From Promethearchaeati archaeon (GTDB lineage: Archaea > Asgardarchaeota > Heimdallarchaeia > JABLTI01), in the NCBI GenBank assembly GCA_034660795.1, contig JAYEJY010000290.1:1-36007 (forward strand): 36,007 bases of DNA, given 5' to 3'. Positions 33,437 to 36,007 of the stretch are shown here, in pieces (the first letter of the stretch is position 1; each line of letters begins with the position of its first letter). The notes under the pieces were generated by a model. The model was not told the origin of the DNA and ran no database searches. It saw nothing but the letters and a program-made list of their open reading frames with translations. Made by a program: the position numbers and the translations under genes.

Positions 33437-33892
33437 ATGGCAAGAATGCATTCTAGAAGACGCGGAAAATCGGGTTCAACGAGACCCCCTCATGCAACTA
33501 TTCCTGAGTGGGTAACCCAATCAAAAGAAGAAATTGAAGAAAAGATAGTCGATCTAGCAAAACAAGGCTTATCTTCTGCTCAAATAGGAGCAGTTTTACG
33601 TGATACTTATGGTATCCCCTCAGTAAAGCTTTGTTATAAGGAAAAAATTTCTGAAATAATGAAAAAACATGATGTTTATCCTGAATTTCCAGAGGATTTC
33701 CGAAATTTAGTTTCCAAAGCTTTAGCTCTCCGGAGACATTTAGATGCTCATCCTAAGGATAAGCATTCAAGATATGGTCTCCAAAAAATTGAATCTAAGA
33801 TTAGACGGCTGCAAAAATATTATAAGAATAAAGGGTTAATACCTGAATCCTTTAAATATGATCCTAAAGCTGCAGCGTCGATAGTTCGATAA
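33437..33892 (+). CDS. rps15: 30S ribosomal protein uS15 (S15P/S13e)
   Basis: MARMHSRRRGKSGSTRPP..., later ALRRHLDAHPKDKHSRYGLQKIESKIRRLQKYY. The 151-aa archaeal/eukaryotic long form. Confidence 0.95.
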   Translation: MARMHSRRRGKSGSTRPPHATIPEWVTQSKEEIEEKIVDLAKQGLSSAQIGAVLRDTYGIPSVKLCYKEKISEIMKKHDVYPEFPEDFRNLVSKALALRRHLDAHPKDKHSRYGLQKIESKIRRLQKYYKNKGLIPESFKYDPKAAASIVR

Positions 33893-34036
33893 TTTATTTT
33901 TCTCATTTTTCTCATAAAAAGCGGTTTTTTTACCGTTTTTTTACTCTTTTTATACAAAAATATATTTTTATAGCTTTATCAAATTCTTACCAAACAGACT
34001 AATAAGTTAGTTAGATTACCGTACTTGGTGTTGTGA

Positions 34037-35500
34037 TTGTCCGAGCAAAAAACCTCTCAGAAACAAGATTTCAAAAAGCTACAAAATACCCTTAAAAGAG
34101 CGGCTTCTTTGATTAAAAATACCAATGATATGATTTTATGTATTAGTCATATTGATGCTGATGGGTTAACCTCTGCTGGTATTATTGGTCGTGCTTTACA
34201 TCGAGAAGGGAAACGCTATCATATTCGTAGTGTTCGGCAATTAGAATTACCAATTATTAGTGAATTAGCGACCATGCATAACTATGAGACGATTATTTTT
34301 ACTGATTTAGGTGCAGGACAACTAGATGGGATAAATGAATACCTTAGTGACAGGAAAATAATCATACTGGATCATCACCCGCCAATTACGGAACCCGCAT
34401 CTGATTCGATTATCAATATTACACCTTTTGATTATGGTTATGATGGTGCTTGTCAAATAAGTGGCTCGGGGATGGCTTATTTTTTTGCTAAGACATTGAA
34501 TCCTGCTAACCACGATTCTGCTGCTATTGCAATTGTTGGTGCGTTAGCTGACAGGCAGGATAAAGGGCCTAAAAGTTCCCTTGTTGGCTTAAATCGGGAA
34601 ATTGTCGAAGAAGGAAAAAAACAAGGCATCATTGAAGAAAAACTTGATATCCGGTTATTTGGTAGTGAAACACGCCCTATACATAAATCATTAGAATATA
34701 CTACAGATCCCTTTATCCCCGGATTGTCTGGAAACGGTGATATGTGTAATCGTTTCTTACGTGATACAGGTATTCCTCAACAACGAGGTGATGAATGGCG
34801 GACAATTCAAGATTTATCACAGGGAGAACGGCAAAAACTAGTCCAAGAACTCATCACATTCGGTTTATCACGGGGGATGTCCGTGGAAGATTCACAAAAT
34901 ATTCTTGGGTACGTTTATAGATTGCAACAAGAAAAAGCTGGAACTTTATTACGGGATGCTCGAGAATTTGGTTCATTATTAAACTCTTGTGGACGATTAG
35001 GGGCAACTGGAATTGCAATAGGAATTTGTATGGGCGAACGTAGATTCTTGTATGAAGAGGCTCAAGAGATATTAGCTGAATATCGGAAAAAGATTTCTGA
35101 ATTCCTAGGGCTTGTTACCCTTGATAGTGAACATTTACAAGAACTTCCTAATATCCTTGTATTTGATGCCAAAGACCTTATTGATGATACAATGATAGGC
35201 ACGATAATCTCCATTGCTATTTCAGCTCAACCATTCATCGATAAGAATAAACCTATGGTTGGCTTAGCACAGTCTGATGATGGCACAGTTAAGATTAGTT
35301 GCCGTGGTACACCTCAACTCGTTACTCAAGGCTTAAGTTTTGGGGATGCATTACGTGTTGCTGTCGAAAAACTAGGTCCTAAAGCAGAAGGTGGTGGGCA
35401 TGATATCGCTGCCGGAGCAAGAATACCTCAAGGTACAGAGGATATCTTCATTGAAAGTTTAAACATGGCGATTGAAGAGCAATTAATGGGAGAAAAATAA
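34037..35500 (+). CDS. RecJ-like DHH/DHHA1 phosphoesterase (archaeal GAN / Cdc45-RecJ family)
   Basis: DHH motifs ISHIDADGLTSAG, FTDLG and ILDHHPP. DHHA1 motif GGGHDIAAGARI. The TTG start is inferred because the first ATG would truncate the first beta-strand/motif I region. Confidence 0.85.
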   Translation: MSEQKTSQKQDFKKLQNTLKRAASLIKNTNDMILCISHIDADGLTSAGIIGRALHREGKRYHIRSVRQLELPIISELATMHNYETIIFTDLGAGQLDGINEYLSDRKIIILDHHPPITEPASDSIINITPFDYGYDGACQISGSGMAYFFAKTLNPANHDSAAIAIVGALADRQDKGPKSSLVGLNREIVEEGKKQGIIEEKLDIRLFGSETRPIHKSLEYTTDPFIPGLSGNGDMCNRFLRDTGIPQQRGDEWRTIQDLSQGERQKLVQELITFGLSRGMSVEDSQNILGYVYRLQQEKAGTLLRDAREFGSLLNSCGRLGATGIAIGICMGERRFLYEEAQEILAEYRKKISEFLGLVTLDSEHLQELPNILVFDAKDLIDDTMIGTIISIAISAQPFIDKNKPMVGLAQSDDGTVKISCRGTPQLVTQGLSFGDALRVAVEKLGPKAEGGGHDIAAGARIPQGTEDIFIESLNMAIEEQLMGEK

Positions 35501-35531
35501 TGCCTAAAAAACGTATCAAGAGGCTTGAACA

Positions 35532-35795
35532 ATGACTAAACAACCGTTTACAAATGCGAAATTACAAGTTGTTCTTCCCTATGACAATAAGAAAGTTGCA
35601 CAAAGTATTTTCCAAGCCACACAACCGGAAAATCAAGAAATACCAGAAAACATTGCCATTAAAGCAGAGCTACGAGAGAATATCATCTATATTTCTATAG
35701 AAACAACAGAAGAATTTTGTGATGTAATTACTACAATAGAGGATTATTTAGAAAAAATAGATTTAGCGCAAAAAACTATTGAAAATTTACCATAA
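35532..35795 (+). CDS. pcc1: KEOPS complex subunit Pcc1-like protein
   Basis: 87 aa. The layout (LQVVLPYDNKKVAQSIFQATQPE...IKAELRENIIYISIETTEEFCDVITTIEDYLEKIDLAQKTI) fits the small Pcc1/CTAG fold pattern. It sits directly after the GAN-like gene, as in Thermococcales as I recall. Confidence 0.5.
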   Translation: MTKQPFTNAKLQVVLPYDNKKVAQSIFQATQPENQEIPENIAIKAELRENIIYISIETTEEFCDVITTIEDYLEKIDLAQKTIENLP

Positions 35796-35970
35796 AATTA
35801 CGCATTATGGTTTTTTTCTCCGTTTAAACAGAAAATCTTTTAAGACCTTTTCATTTCCTTCGCTACTAGAGGGAAAAAGATAGAATACTTTATATACATC
35901 TTTCTTTCCTAGCAAAATCCAAGAGTTTAAAAACCTACATTGTCGCGAAAATTGTATAGGAGTATAAAAA

Positions 35971-36007
35971 ATGAGTCGATCCCCTAAAGGAAGAAAAAAA
36001 CGAGATA
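35971..36007 (+). CDS. 5' end of a CDS running off the right edge (possibly ribosomal protein S3Ae/eS1)
   Basis: ATG at 35971 preceded by TAGGAG. The basic start MSRSPKGRKKRD resembles S3Ae N-termini, and S3Ae follows S15-GAN-Pcc1 in some archaea. Only 12 codons are visible. Confidence 0.3.
   Translation, partial: MSRSPKGRKKRD

Noticed and set aside
35500-35535. 11-codon mini-ORF (MPKKRIKRLEQ) overlapping the recJ-like stop and ending at the pcc1-like start
   Set aside because: Too short and unconserved to call. It is probably a chance ATG within a coupled stop/start region.
1-36007. CRISPR arrays, transposases/IS elements, integrases, restriction-modification or other recognisable defence genes
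   Set aside because: None were found when reading both strands. The only dispersed repeat is the 72-nt element, and the only tandem repeat is the short A9-GGTGG duplication.

Overview
AT-rich (about one-third G+C by eye) archaeal chromosomal fragment. It is densely coding on both strands, mostly housekeeping genes, often preceded by Shine-Dalgarno-like GGAGG/GGTGA/AAGAGGT motifs. The archaeal assignment rests on RNA polymerase subunit P, uS15, a RecJ/GAN-Pcc1 cluster, an aIF-2B-family protein, archaeal/eukaryotic-type GlyRS and three bulge-helix-bulge tRNA introns. A long eukaryote-type topoisomerase IB, LRR fragments and Lys/Glu-rich coiled-coil inserts hint at an Asgard/TACK-like lineage, but that is inference only.

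Most interesting locus: a minus-strand anaerobic (class III) ribonucleotide reductase operon, 15358-19235.
- The catalytic subunit carries a complete NrdR-like zinc-ribbon + ATP-cone module at its N-terminus.
- The glycyl-radical/second zinc-ribbon C-terminus is a separate 81-aa gene, split off by three in-frame stops.
- A glutaredoxin-like gene and the nrdG activase follow.
- An NrdR-box-like palindrome sits in the upstream intergenic region.

Other notable items:
- Two tRNA(CAT) genes (one elongator-type with two introns, one initiator with a T-loop intron).
- A ~72-nt element present twice (12.2 kb and 28.2 kb), with a hairpin showing a compensatory base change.
- A T-depleted codon-usage island at 23.4-27.1 kb.
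- A decaying LRR region next to the initiator tRNA.
- Homopolymer-associated frame breaks in two genes.
- An rpoP gene missing from the ORF track.

No CRISPR array, transposase, integrase or recognisable defence gene was seen. All calls come from reading the sequence and remembered family motifs; no searches were run.
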